Source of the DNA: a virus
Length of the DNA stretch: 39,291 nucleotides
Virus record (IMG/VR): IMGVR_UViG_3300036851_000097
Span: 1-39,291 of that record
Reading direction: 5' to 3' (one strand)
Shown: positions 18,669-25,595 of the stretch, one piece after another
Position numbering within the stretch: the first letter of the stretch is position 1
Layout of the letters: the number at the start of each line of letters is the position of its first letter
The notes under the pieces: generated by a model
Database searches by the model: none
Told to the model about the DNA's origin: nothing
What the model saw: only the letters and a program-made list of their open reading frames with translations
Translations under genes and position numbers: made by a program

Positions 18669-18740
18669 TCGCGCCCCCGAAAAACTTTTTGATTAACTCA
18701 CAACCTAGATTCTAGAGAGGCTTGAACGAAGTTCCCCCTA

Positions 18741-18772
18741 GAAAAGAAAAGTGAGGCTCAGGGGCTTCCCAC
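18741..18772 (-). terminator. Possible leader terminator/attenuator on the minus strand
   Basis: The minus strand reads GTGGGaagcccctgagCCTCAC (5 pairs including one G-U), followed by TTTTCTTTTC, about 75 nt upstream of the first late ORF. Weak stem. Confidence 0.3.
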
Positions 18773-19123
18773 AATCCTTTACTAGGGAGATTTCGAATCA
18801 CAACCTGAGTTCCATCGGGCCATCACTCGTTCCCACCGTATCCCGTGAAGTAGGGTTTACCACACCTTCACCTGACTACCATACGGCAAGCAGCGTCTTC
18901 CTTTCCTCGGTGCTTCGTTCACGGCGAGGTGAGAAGGTTCGAGGTTTGACGGGGATTGTTTACAGCCCCGCGCCACTATGGGCAAATGTCTTTGGACGAA
19001 AGTGTGCGGGTTATCCCTAAGCTCGCCCTTTGGATACCGGGGAAGGGTTCTTGAACTACCCTACGCTAATCCGGCCCCGCATAATTCAAAATAACAAACG
19101 TCAACCATTTATACGTCACGTAA

Positions 19124-19194
19124 TTAATCTTTCTCTAATCTATCTAAAAAATAATTCAAGGGTGCCAACACTAATCTTTCTCACTAATCTATAT
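19124..19194 (+). promoter_or_regulatory. Two copies of TAATCTTTCTC-N(0-2)-CTAATCTAT (candidate operator/promoter elements)
   Basis: TAATCTTTCTC at 19125-19135 and 19172-19182. CTAATCTAT at 19135-19143 and 19184-19192. The stretch is AT-rich and lies in the divergent control region. Confidence 0.4.
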
Positions 19195-19222
19195 TGAGGC
19201 TTCACACGCAATTGGGGGCTAT

Positions 19223-19411
19223 ATGGCTAATGATAATTCAGTATCAAAAAGGAAATCCCGGTGGACGGGTTCAACCCCTCAAGAGCGGACAGCCCACGCG
19301 AAAATCATGTCGGCTGCCTATTGGGCGGTGTCGGACGAGGTTAAAAAGGCCAGAGCGGCCAAGGCTAGGAGCGGGAAAGCGGCGAAATCCGTTAAAATTC
19401 CGCAATCCTAA
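19223..19411 (+). CDS. Small basic protein (candidate DNA-binding regulator)
   Basis: 62 aa and Lys/Arg/Ala-rich. Flanked on both sides by the CTAATCTAT motif clusters. Confidence 0.5.
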   Translation: MANDNSVSKRKSRWTGSTPQERTAHAKIMSAAYWAVSDEVKKARAAKARSGKAAKSVKIPQS

Positions 19412-19431
19412 ACTATTTTCATTATTTTCGT

Positions 19432-19470
19432 CTAATCTATTGACGATAGCATAGAACGGAGATAGATTAG
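19432..19470 (+). promoter_or_regulatory. Sigma70-like early promoter bracketed by a perfect 9-bp inverted repeat
   Basis: TTGACG (19440-19445), 17-nt spacer, TAGATT (19463-19468). CTAATCTAT (19432-19440) and ATAGATTAG (19462-19470) form an inverted repeat over the -35 and -10 elements. Confidence 0.5.
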
Positions 19471-19529
19471 GTGAGTCGGCAAGAGAGCCGGACAACTCCC
19501 CGGCCAGGGAGGATTACTAGGAGCAAATT

Positions 19530-20093
19530 ATGATAACCGTAATGTGCGACAAAGAAAAAGCGACTCGGGAAATCTCCCCGGAAGATGCCCGCTCCATGGG
19601 CTGGACGCTGGCCGAACCGATCTATATGTGCGATTTCGCCGTAGGTTGCGTGGTGGAACTGCGCGAGGGCAACCATTACCACGATTCGGACTTCTACGCC
19701 ACCTACTACGATATGGATTCGGGGGCGTTCAAGGAAGTCGAGTACGGCACCACCCGTTTTTGGAGCTATCCCAATGGCGCAAACATTGATGCAACGCCGG
19801 AAATTATGGCCCTTTGGGAAGCCCATTTAAAGGCTATCAGGGACGCAGCCCGAGCGCGTGAGGCGGCGTACATCGCAAGCCTCCCCACGGTCGGCAAGAC
19901 TGTTCGTGTGGTATCAGGCCGCAAGCTGGAAAAGGGCATCAAGGGTAAAATCTTCTGGCACGGTGCCAACGGGTTCAAGACCTACTATCGGAATGGCTAC
20001 AACCAACCTAACCCCTACGAACGTCTTGGAATCGAGCTGGAGGACGGGACCAAGGTTTTCACGGCCTCAAAGAACTGTGAAGTTTTAGCCTAA
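19530..20093 (+). CDS. Hypothetical protein
   Basis: 187-aa ORF with GGAG-like RBS (aggagcaaattATG). First large gene of the plus-strand operon. Confidence 0.7.
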   Translation: MITVMCDKEKATREISPEDARSMGWTLAEPIYMCDFAVGCVVELREGNHYHDSDFYATYYDMDSGAFKEVEYGTTRFWSYPNGANIDATPEIMALWEAHLKAIRDAARAREAAYIASLPTVGKTVRVVSGRKLEKGIKGKIFWHGANGFKTYYRNGYNQPNPYERLGIELEDGTKVFTASKNCEVLA

Positions 20094-20160
20094 CCCCGCT
20101 GACGAGTCCCCCCAAGGTAAAGGGGACGAAAGCCGCTGCCGGGAGGCATGGGCTACGGGA
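20094..20160 (+). ncRNA. Candidate hammerhead ribozyme (type I topology)
   Basis: CCCCG-CUGACGA-[GUCCCC/10-nt loop/GGGGAC]-GAAA-[GCC gc UGCC GGGA GGCA ug GGC]-U-A|CGGG. All invariant core nucleotides are present. Predicted cleavage is after A20155. Confidence 0.55.
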
Positions 20161-20201
20161 ATACCGCCTAACTGGTCGTTAGGGATTGACTAGGAGATAA
20201 T

Positions 20202-20537
20202 ATGAGCAACACGAAACACACGCCGGGGCCGTGGACGGCCTACAACGAGAACAGCGAATACCCGGGCATAGAGGGGGCCACGGAAAGCGTTGTTATTTGG
20301 GGCGAAAAGGGGGAGCAGGAGGGTGTTCGTGGAGATACCCATGCCCGCCGCCTTGCCAACGCCCGCCTTATAGCCGCCGCGCCGGATATGTGCGCGGCAC
20401 TAATCCGCGCCCTCAACGACTTCGAGAACATCCGGCGCAATCTCAATACGGACGACAACGAGACGCGCGAAGATAAGTGCCTCGCGTCCATGGGGATCAT
20501 TAACGAAGTATTAACCAAAGTGGAGGGTAAACAATGA
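20202..20537 (+). CDS. Hypothetical protein (TPGPW ... ANARLIAAAPDM motif family)
   Basis: 111 aa. The HTPGPW and NARLIAAAPDMCAAL motifs recur in many uncharacterised phage proteins. RBS is taggagataatATG. Confidence 0.7.
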   Translation: MSNTKHTPGPWTAYNENSEYPGIEGATESVVIWGEKGEQEGVRGDTHARRLANARLIAAAPDMCAALIRALNDFENIRRNLNTDDNETREDKCLASMGIINEVLTKVEGKQ

Positions 20538-20779
20538 CCTACCTAACCCCCGCCGAACTCCGCGCCAAAGCGGACGCAATGGACCAAGAGACAGCCTATG
20601 CCCGCAAGGGGAAGGTTCTGATTTCCCAATACACCGGAATGGCTTGCATTCATCAAGGGGACGCAAGTTATGAGCGGGCGGTAGCTGATTACCGCGAAGC
20701 CACCGAGGCCGAAATCCAAGCCCTCTGTACTATCCCGGAATTCGCCGCGTACCTGAAAAAAGTAAGGGGGGAGGCATGA
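20534..20779 (+). CDS. Hypothetical protein
   Basis: 81 aa. ATGA overlap with the upstream gene. Confidence 0.6.
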   Translation: MTYLTPAELRAKADAMDQETAYARKGKVLISQYTGMACIHQGDASYERAVADYREATEAEIQALCTIPEFAAYLKKVRGEA

Positions 20780-21003
20780 CCCAGACAATGCTATCCATCC
20801 TTCGCCATACGGCCCATTTGGAGCCCGTAGGGTTCTCCCCCGAAGAGTTTGAATGCAGGCTATTCAACCCATCCGGCCTACTCCGAATCAACCCCGTCGA
20901 GGCCCTGGTTGAAAAGGGGTACATCGAACTGGGGCAAGACGGGTTTTACTCCCCTACCGAAATGGGGATTGAAACCATCGAAGAATACGAGGAAGAGGAA
21001 TAA
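20776..21003 (+). CDS. Hypothetical acidic protein
   Basis: 75 aa. ATGA overlap upstream and an acidic C-terminus (EEYEEEE). Confidence 0.6.
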   Translation: MTQTMLSILRHTAHLEPVGFSPEEFECRLFNPSGLLRINPVEALVEKGYIELGQDGFYSPTEMGIETIEEYEEEE

Positions 21004-21052
21004 ACCCGCACCCATACACCTATCTCCTAGTAGGGATGGGTGACCAGCACCA

Positions 21053-21091
21053 GCCGTCCGGTGAGCGGGGAGTAGGGCGGCACTTTTTTTT
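21053..21091 (+). terminator. Rho-independent terminator
   Basis: GCCGTCC...GGGCGGC stem (7 pairs including one G-U), followed by CAC and then T8 (21084-21091). Confidence 0.6.
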
Positions 21092-21107
21092 AAATAACCA
21101 CAACATT

Positions 21108-21130
21108 TTCGGAACATTCGGAACTAGATT
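21108..21130 (+). promoter_or_regulatory. Tandem TTCGGAAC repeat abutting a TAGATT element
   Basis: TTCGGAAC at 21108-21115 and 21117-21124, directly followed by TAGATT (21125-21130). This is the same -10-like hexamer as the promoters at 19463 and 31859. No -35 element. Confidence 0.3.
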
Positions 21131-21161
21131 TAAACCACAAACCAACCGAGGAGATTTATCA

Positions 21162-21584
21162 ATGACAACCGCAACACTTAACACCGCCGAGGTCGTGGAG
21201 AAGGTTCAGAGGTCGGCAAAGAAGATGCAGGAGATGCGCGAATGCCCTGAAATGAAAGTCGGGCAGTTTGCTCGTCAAGGTGACATCTATATCGAGCGCA
21301 TTTCTTCAATCTCCAAGGAAGGGAAAGAAGTCAAGTCCCACCAGCTCGCCCCCGGAACCTCCAAGGGTTCCCGTCATGTCGTGCAAGCGGAACAAGGCGT
21401 GAAGATTTTTCAATCAGCGCCGAACCTCGGAGCCCGCGCCCTGTTTCAGGTTGGCCCCGCCATCGAAGCCGCTTGCGATTTCGTTATCTCCCACCCCGAA
21501 CACGCCTGGATGAAGATGAAAAAAGGGTTGTACCAAATCTGGTATCAGCTCGATTTCCACCGCAAAGAACGGGTGAAAGATTAG
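21162..21584 (+). CDS. Hypothetical protein
   Basis: I prefer the start at ATG 21162 (MTTATLNTAEV...) with GAGGAG 8 nt upstream. 140 aa. Confidence 0.65.
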   Translation: MTTATLNTAEVVEKVQRSAKKMQEMRECPEMKVGQFARQGDIYIERISSISKEGKEVKSHQLAPGTSKGSRHVVQAEQGVKIFQSAPNLGARALFQVGPAIEAACDFVISHPEHAWMKMKKGLYQIWYQLDFHRKERVKD

Positions 21585-21587
21585 GCC

Positions 21588-23030
21588 ATGAAGATCACCA
21601 CCCTTACCCCGGCGCAAGAAGAGCGCATGAGCGAATACCGCGAGAAATGGTTGGCTATTGGACTCTCTACGGCTCCTACCGATAAGGTGGGGGCAGAGAA
21701 AGCTATGGCCGAAATTTACCGAGCAGCAGGCAAAAAGCCGCCCAAAATGTATTGGTCGGCGTCCCCTTATGTGATGATGATTGTTAGCTCTATTATGACC
21801 AATAAGGCTTTTTTGGAGAACGTAAATGCCGTCCTCAAAGCTAATGGCTTTGATCAGGTCGGGGATCAGGTCTGGGGTCAGGTCTGGGATCAGGTCAGGG
21901 ATCAGGTCGGGGATCAGGTCAGGGATCAGGTCTGGGGTCAGGTCGGGGATCAGGTCAGGGATCAGGTCTGGGGTCAGGTCGGGGATCAGGTCAGGGATCA
22001 GGTCGGGGATCAGGTCAGGGATCAGGTCTGGGGTCAGGTCGGGGATCAGGTCAGGGATCAGGTCAGGGATCAGGTCAGGGATCAGGTCAGGGATCAGGTC
22101 AGGGATCAGGTCAGGGATCAGGTCAGGGATCAGGTCAGGGATCAGGTCGGGGATCAGGTCAGGGGTCAGGTCAGGGATCAGGTCGGGGGTCAGGTCTGGG
22201 GTCAGGTCTGGGATCAGGTCAGGGATCAGGTCAGGGATCAGGTCTGGGGTCAGGTCGGGGATCAGGTCGGGGGTCAGGTCGGGGATCAGGTCGGGGATCA
22301 GGTCTGGGGTCAGGTCGGGGATCAGGTCAGGGATCAGGTCAGGGATCAGGTCGGGGATCAGGTCGGGGGTCAGGTCGGGGATCAGGTCAGGGAAAACATC
22401 TGGAAATCCGGCTTTGGCCAACACGAAGCAGGGTTTTTCTCATACATCGAATATTTTCGAGAGATATGCGGACTTACCGTTGAGTCCGAGAAACTTGTTC
22501 CTCTCATGGAACACGCGAAATGTGCTGGATGGTATCAGCCGTATGAAAATGTTTGCTGGATGTCAGAACGCCCAACGGTTTTGGAGTTAGACGATATGGG
22601 GCAACTACATTGCGAAAATGGCCCTGCGGTAGCCTACTCCGACACCTACGAGATTTATGCCATTCACGGCGTAAGGATTCCGTCGTGGATTATCAACAAC
22701 TCGGAACGCATAAACGCCCGATCCATCGAGGAAGAATCGAACATCGAGATTCGCCGCATCATGATCGAGCGTATGGGCCATGGTGCCTATATGCAGGAGA
22801 CGGGTGCTGAGGTTGTTGACGTTGATTACGTCTCGATTGGCGGCGGTTTAGAAGGGTCTATCATGCGGGCACTTCTCAAGGACAAAAACGGCCTTCAATA
22901 TCTGTGCGCTCACGATGGAAGCACGGATAGGGTCTACTATATGTCGGTTGACCCGAACGTAAAGACATGCTCGGATGCTCACGAATCGGTTTCAGGGTTC
23001 AAGGATTCTCTTTGCGTGGCCCAAGCATGA
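21588..23030 (+). CDS. Repeat-containing protein: N-domain + 45 x (D/G)QV(R/G/W) tetrapeptides + conserved C-terminal domain
   Basis: 480 aa. The C-terminal part (GFGQHEAGFFSYIEYF...RPTVLELDDMGQLHCENGPAVAYSD...IHGVRIPSW) resembles an uncharacterised bacterial/phage family that, as I recall, carries short V-x-D-x-type repeats. Not verified. Confidence 0.8.
   Translation: MKITTLTPAQEERMSEYREKWLAIGLSTAPTDKVGAEKAMAEIYRAAGKKPPKMYWSASPYVMMIVSSIMTNKAFLENVNAVLKANGFDQVGDQVWGQVWDQVRDQVGDQVRDQVWGQVGDQVRDQVWGQVGDQVRDQVGDQVRDQVWGQVGDQVRDQVRDQVRDQVRDQVRDQVRDQVRDQVRDQVGDQVRGQVRDQVGGQVWGQVWDQVRDQVRDQVWGQVGDQVGGQVGDQVGDQVWGQVGDQVRDQVRDQVGDQVGGQVGDQVRENIWKSGFGQHEAGFFSYIEYFREICGLTVESEKLVPLMEHAKCAGWYQPYENVCWMSERPTVLELDDMGQLHCENGPAVAYSDTYEIYAIHGVRIPSWIINNSERINARSIEEESNIEIRRIMIERMGHGAYMQETGAEVVDVDYVSIGGGLEGSIMRALLKDKNGLQYLCAHDGSTDRVYYMSVDPNVKTCSDAHESVSGFKDSLCVAQA
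21852..22391 (+). repeat. 45 tandem copies of the 12-bp unit G[A/G]TCAGGTC[G/T/A]GG
   Basis: 540 bp and in frame. Only unit positions 2 and 10 vary. A degenerate 46th unit (gaaaacatctgg) follows. Confidence 0.98.
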
Positions 23031-23224
23031 AATACCCTATCCAAGTCCGTCAAAACCACAAACCCTCCGCAACATACGAACGTGATGATTTACGGGACGT
23101 AAAGATCAACCGAACCACAAGGACGCGCCTAGCCTTAGACAAGGCCGAGTATGGGTTAAAGAACCTAGATGAACTCATTAACCCCGCGCTGGATGCCTTG
23201 CGCCGGGAATGGAGGAATAAATGA
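23027..23224 (+). CDS. Hypothetical protein
   Basis: 65 aa from ATG 23027, which overlaps the upstream TGA (ATGA). Confidence 0.55.
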   Translation: MKYPIQVRQNHKPSATYERDDLRDVKINRTTRTRLALDKAEYGLKNLDELINPALDALRREWRNK

Positions 23225-23373
23225 CCACCCTTCAAATCGGCCTGATAATAATCGCCGCCCTCCTTATCCTCTACATCATCCTCCGGTTTACCTTCGGGTA
23301 CAGGCGGTTATGGATGATTGAGGAAATGGAATGCGATAGGCATCACAATCATCATGAGGAAAGAAACAGATGA
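23221..23373 (+). CDS. Small membrane protein
   Basis: 50 aa. TM segment LQIGLIIIAALLILYIIL followed by a His-rich tail. ATGA overlap upstream. Confidence 0.5.
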   Translation: MTTLQIGLIIIAALLILYIILRFTFGYRRLWMIEEMECDRHHNHHEERNR

Positions 23374-23438
23374 AACGCGCCCACCTTTCCCTAATCCCCC
23401 TTTTACTGGCCCTGTTTTGGGCTGCGGATAACTTATGA
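23370..23438 (+). CDS. Possible 22-aa hydrophobic peptide
   Basis: MKRAHLSLIPLLLALFWAADNL. ATGA overlaps at both ends. Confidence 0.3.
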   Translation: MKRAHLSLIPLLLALFWAADNL

Positions 23439-23662
23439 ACACGCTGGAAATCCTGGAACGGGTGAACGATTTGGTTAAAAAATGGGAACAAGAGGTAGTC
23501 AATCAAAACCAAACCGGAGATATGGGAAGCTGGCCGGGAATGGCTTTAGAGGACTTTAAACTTCTAAAATCAGACATGGAAAAAGACTTGGACGAACAGG
23601 CCGTGCGGATGTTTGAGGAATCACAAACCTTTAACCCGTTAGACCACGAAAACCAAAAGTAA
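23435..23662 (+). CDS. Hypothetical acidic protein
   Basis: 75-aa ORF, coupled upstream. Confidence 0.6.
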   Translation: MNTLEILERVNDLVKKWEQEVVNQNQTGDMGSWPGMALEDFKLLKSDMEKDLDEQAVRMFEESQTFNPLDHENQK

Positions 23663-23668
23663 CCCGCG

Positions 23669-23687
23669 CCGGACGGTTTCCGGTTTT
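23669..23687 (+). terminator. Weak hairpin plus T4 (possible attenuating terminator)
   Basis: CCGGA cggtt TCCGG followed by TTTT. A second hairpin, CCCGA-cttt-TCGGG, follows. Confidence 0.35.
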
Positions 23688-23728
23688 CAAAAGCCGCCCG
23701 ACTTTTCGGGTATCAAGGAGAAGCAACC

Positions 23729-24328
23729 ATGAGTGAAACTAAAAGAGAGTACATCCTAACCCCGATTGGCTTTGCCAAGTGGGCGCACGTTCAAACCCCG
23801 AAACAGCCGTTTAAGGATGAACGCGGGGTTTCCAAGGGTGACCCGAAGTTCCAGATCGACGTTGTGTTTTTGGAGTCCGACCCCGAATGGTCCAAGTTTG
23901 TCGCGGCTATCCAAAAGCGCATGGCCGCGCTCCCGCAACAGGTGGACAAGAAGACGCAAAAGCCCATCGACAAGCAAGACCCTATCAAGTTTGAACTAGA
24001 CGCAAACGACAAGCCTACGGGCCGGAAGTACGTCACGTTCAAGACGGGCGAGAAGTTCCCCCCCGGTGTTTTCGACAAGTACAACGAGCCGATGAAAGAG
24101 GCCGTTGGAAATGAAAGCAGGGTGCGGGTCAGCTTTACGCCGGTTCCCTACGAGGCGTTTGGAGGGGGGTTAGCCCTTTATCTCAACGCCGTGCAAGTTC
24201 TGGAATTGGTCGAGTTCGGAAAGCGGTCTGCGGACTCCTATGGGTTCACAGCCGAACAACCGTCCAACGATTTCGGACAAGCCCCGCAACACGGGGACGA
24301 TGATATGCCGGAATTCCTGCGTAATTAA
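23729..24328 (+). CDS. ssDNA-binding protein, T7 gp2.5-like
   Basis: 199 aa. N-terminal ILTPIGFAKWAHVQTPK, a YLNAVQVLELVEF segment, and an acidic C-terminal tail ending in an aromatic residue (HGDDDMPEF). RBS AAGGAG. Confidence 0.7.
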   Translation: MSETKREYILTPIGFAKWAHVQTPKQPFKDERGVSKGDPKFQIDVVFLESDPEWSKFVAAIQKRMAALPQQVDKKTQKPIDKQDPIKFELDANDKPTGRKYVTFKTGEKFPPGVFDKYNEPMKEAVGNESRVRVSFTPVPYEAFGGGLALYLNAVQVLELVEFGKRSADSYGFTAEQPSNDFGQAPQHGDDDMPEFLRN

Positions 24329-24405
24329 AAAGCGCACCCGCTAGGTACTCCTACTGCCCGTGTAAGTCGGGCCGGGTCGTTCTAAACGTATTACAGAAAG
24401 CACCC

Positions 24406-25119
24406 ATGTCTAGATCATACACGGTAAACGACATCGAAAGACCAAGCGTAACAACCGTTCTAGGGCTTTTGGACAAATCCGATGCCCTGCTAGGATGGGC
24501 GGTTAAATGCTGTACCGAGTTTATCCGGCAACACAAAGGGAACCGTGACCAATACCCTACCCTGGACGCGCTCCTAGAAGCCGCTCAAAGGAACTGGCGG
24601 GACGTTCGCGACACCGCCGCCGACACCGGATCACAAATCCACGAAGCGATCAGCAACTACATCGAACACGGTCACGACATGTTTGGGGTAGTCCCCGAAG
24701 GAATAGCAAACGGGTTTTTGGCTTTCCTTGAATGGGAAAAGGCCAATAAGGTTACGTGGCTTAAATCCGAATTGACCGTTTACCACCCTGACCTACACTA
24801 TGCCGGAACCCTGGATGCCGTGGCCCTAATAGACGGGAAAACGTATGTCGTGGACTTCAAATCTTCGGGGGGGTTCTATGATACCTTTGGGCCCCAGATC
24901 GCGGCTTACAGGGCCGCATACATGGCTGAGACGGGGGAAGAAATCTACGGCTGCGGGATTCTTCGCCTTGACAAGAAAACGGGTATTCCAGAATGGAAAG
25001 ACTACACGAAACGGCAAGACCGGGACTTCAATTCATTCTCGAAACTTCTTGACTACTACTACGCCGCCGCGCATAGGCGCTTGAAAAATAATCCTCGCTG
25101 CGTGGAAGGGAAAATCTAG
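24406..25119 (+). CDS. PD-(D/E)XK exonuclease (Cas4/RecB/YqaJ-like)
   Basis: 237 aa. GTLDAVALIDGKTYVVDFKSS (D...D/E-x-K) and QIAAYRAAY (QxxxY) motifs. Adjacent to the SSB. Confidence 0.7.
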   Translation: MSRSYTVNDIERPSVTTVLGLLDKSDALLGWAVKCCTEFIRQHKGNRDQYPTLDALLEAAQRNWRDVRDTAADTGSQIHEAISNYIEHGHDMFGVVPEGIANGFLAFLEWEKANKVTWLKSELTVYHPDLHYAGTLDAVALIDGKTYVVDFKSSGGFYDTFGPQIAAYRAAYMAETGEEIYGCGILRLDKKTGIPEWKDYTKRQDRDFNSFSKLLDYYYAAAHRRLKNNPRCVEGKI

Positions 25120-25121
25120 CC

Positions 25122-25595
25122 ATGCTAATCAACGTAAAGCCTGACGGCACGGTATCGGATAGGGCAAAGGAGGAAACCTTTAAAGCCTATGCCCAACATC
25201 CCGGTAAGGTGATCAAGGTGGATGTAAAGGAGCAAAAGAAACGCCGTACCAGAGGCCGTGAAGGGGAGCTAGGGAATCAAGACGGGGCTTTTTTCGGGCC
25301 TATCCTTGGAGTAGTTGCAAAAGAAATCTGGCAGACCAAGGACATGAAAGAGACTTACTATCGGACATTGGAAGCGGTTTCTTTCAAGCTAGAACGTAAC
25401 CCAAAAGGAGGCGCACCGCTTAAACGGTTAGTCCACGTTTCAGACCTTGACTGCCCCGGTATGGCTACCCTAATCGACAACACTTTGATTTGGGCGGCGC
25501 AAGAACATGGGGTTTTCATTGAAGAACCAGACCCAAAAAAATCAAAGGCATGGCGGGAGCGGTTTCAACGTGAATATTTGTACCAAGGGGAATAG
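25122..25595 (+). CDS. Hypothetical protein
   Basis: 157-aa ORF, tightly packed. Confidence 0.65.
   Translation: MLINVKPDGTVSDRAKEETFKAYAQHPGKVIKVDVKEQKKRRTRGREGELGNQDGAFFGPILGVVAKEIWQTKDMKETYYRTLEAVSFKLERNPKGGAPLKRLVHVSDLDCPGMATLIDNTLIWAAQEHGVFIEEPDPKKSKAWRERFQREYLYQGE

Noticed and set aside
18700-19080. tmRNA, RNase P RNA or a tRNA-like gene in the GC-rich intergenic segment.
   Set aside because: There are superficial resemblances: GGGGCU...UUCGAAUC on the plus strand, and GAGGAAAGGAAG and AGGUGAAGGUGUGGUAAA on the minus strand. They do not assemble into the required structures:
- There is no acceptor stem closing onto ACCA.
- There is no 7-nt T-loop.
- There is no GAGGAAAGUCC P4 element.
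- There is no tag reading frame.

I kept the segment only as an unexplained structured region.
19467-19826. A 119-aa minus-strand ORF that could have been a divergently transcribed repressor.
   Set aside because: It lies entirely antisense to the 187-aa plus-strand gene and to the early promoter leader. It has no RBS or recognisable HTH, and its sequence is His/Arg/Gly-rich.
21852-22391. A possible CRISPR array or other spacer-containing repeat locus.
   Set aside because: The units are only 12 bp and directly abut with no spacers. They lie in frame inside a long CDS, and no cas genes or leader are present. This is a coding tandem repeat.
21414-22590. Long ORFs on the antisense strand (21414..22424, 336 aa, PDLIPDLT...) and in the +2 frame (21826..22590, GIRSGVRS...).
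   Set aside because: The 12-bp unit has no stop codon in any of the six frames, so these ORFs are an automatic by-product of the repeat. Only frame 21588..23030 has credible non-repeat N- and C-terminal domains and an RBS.
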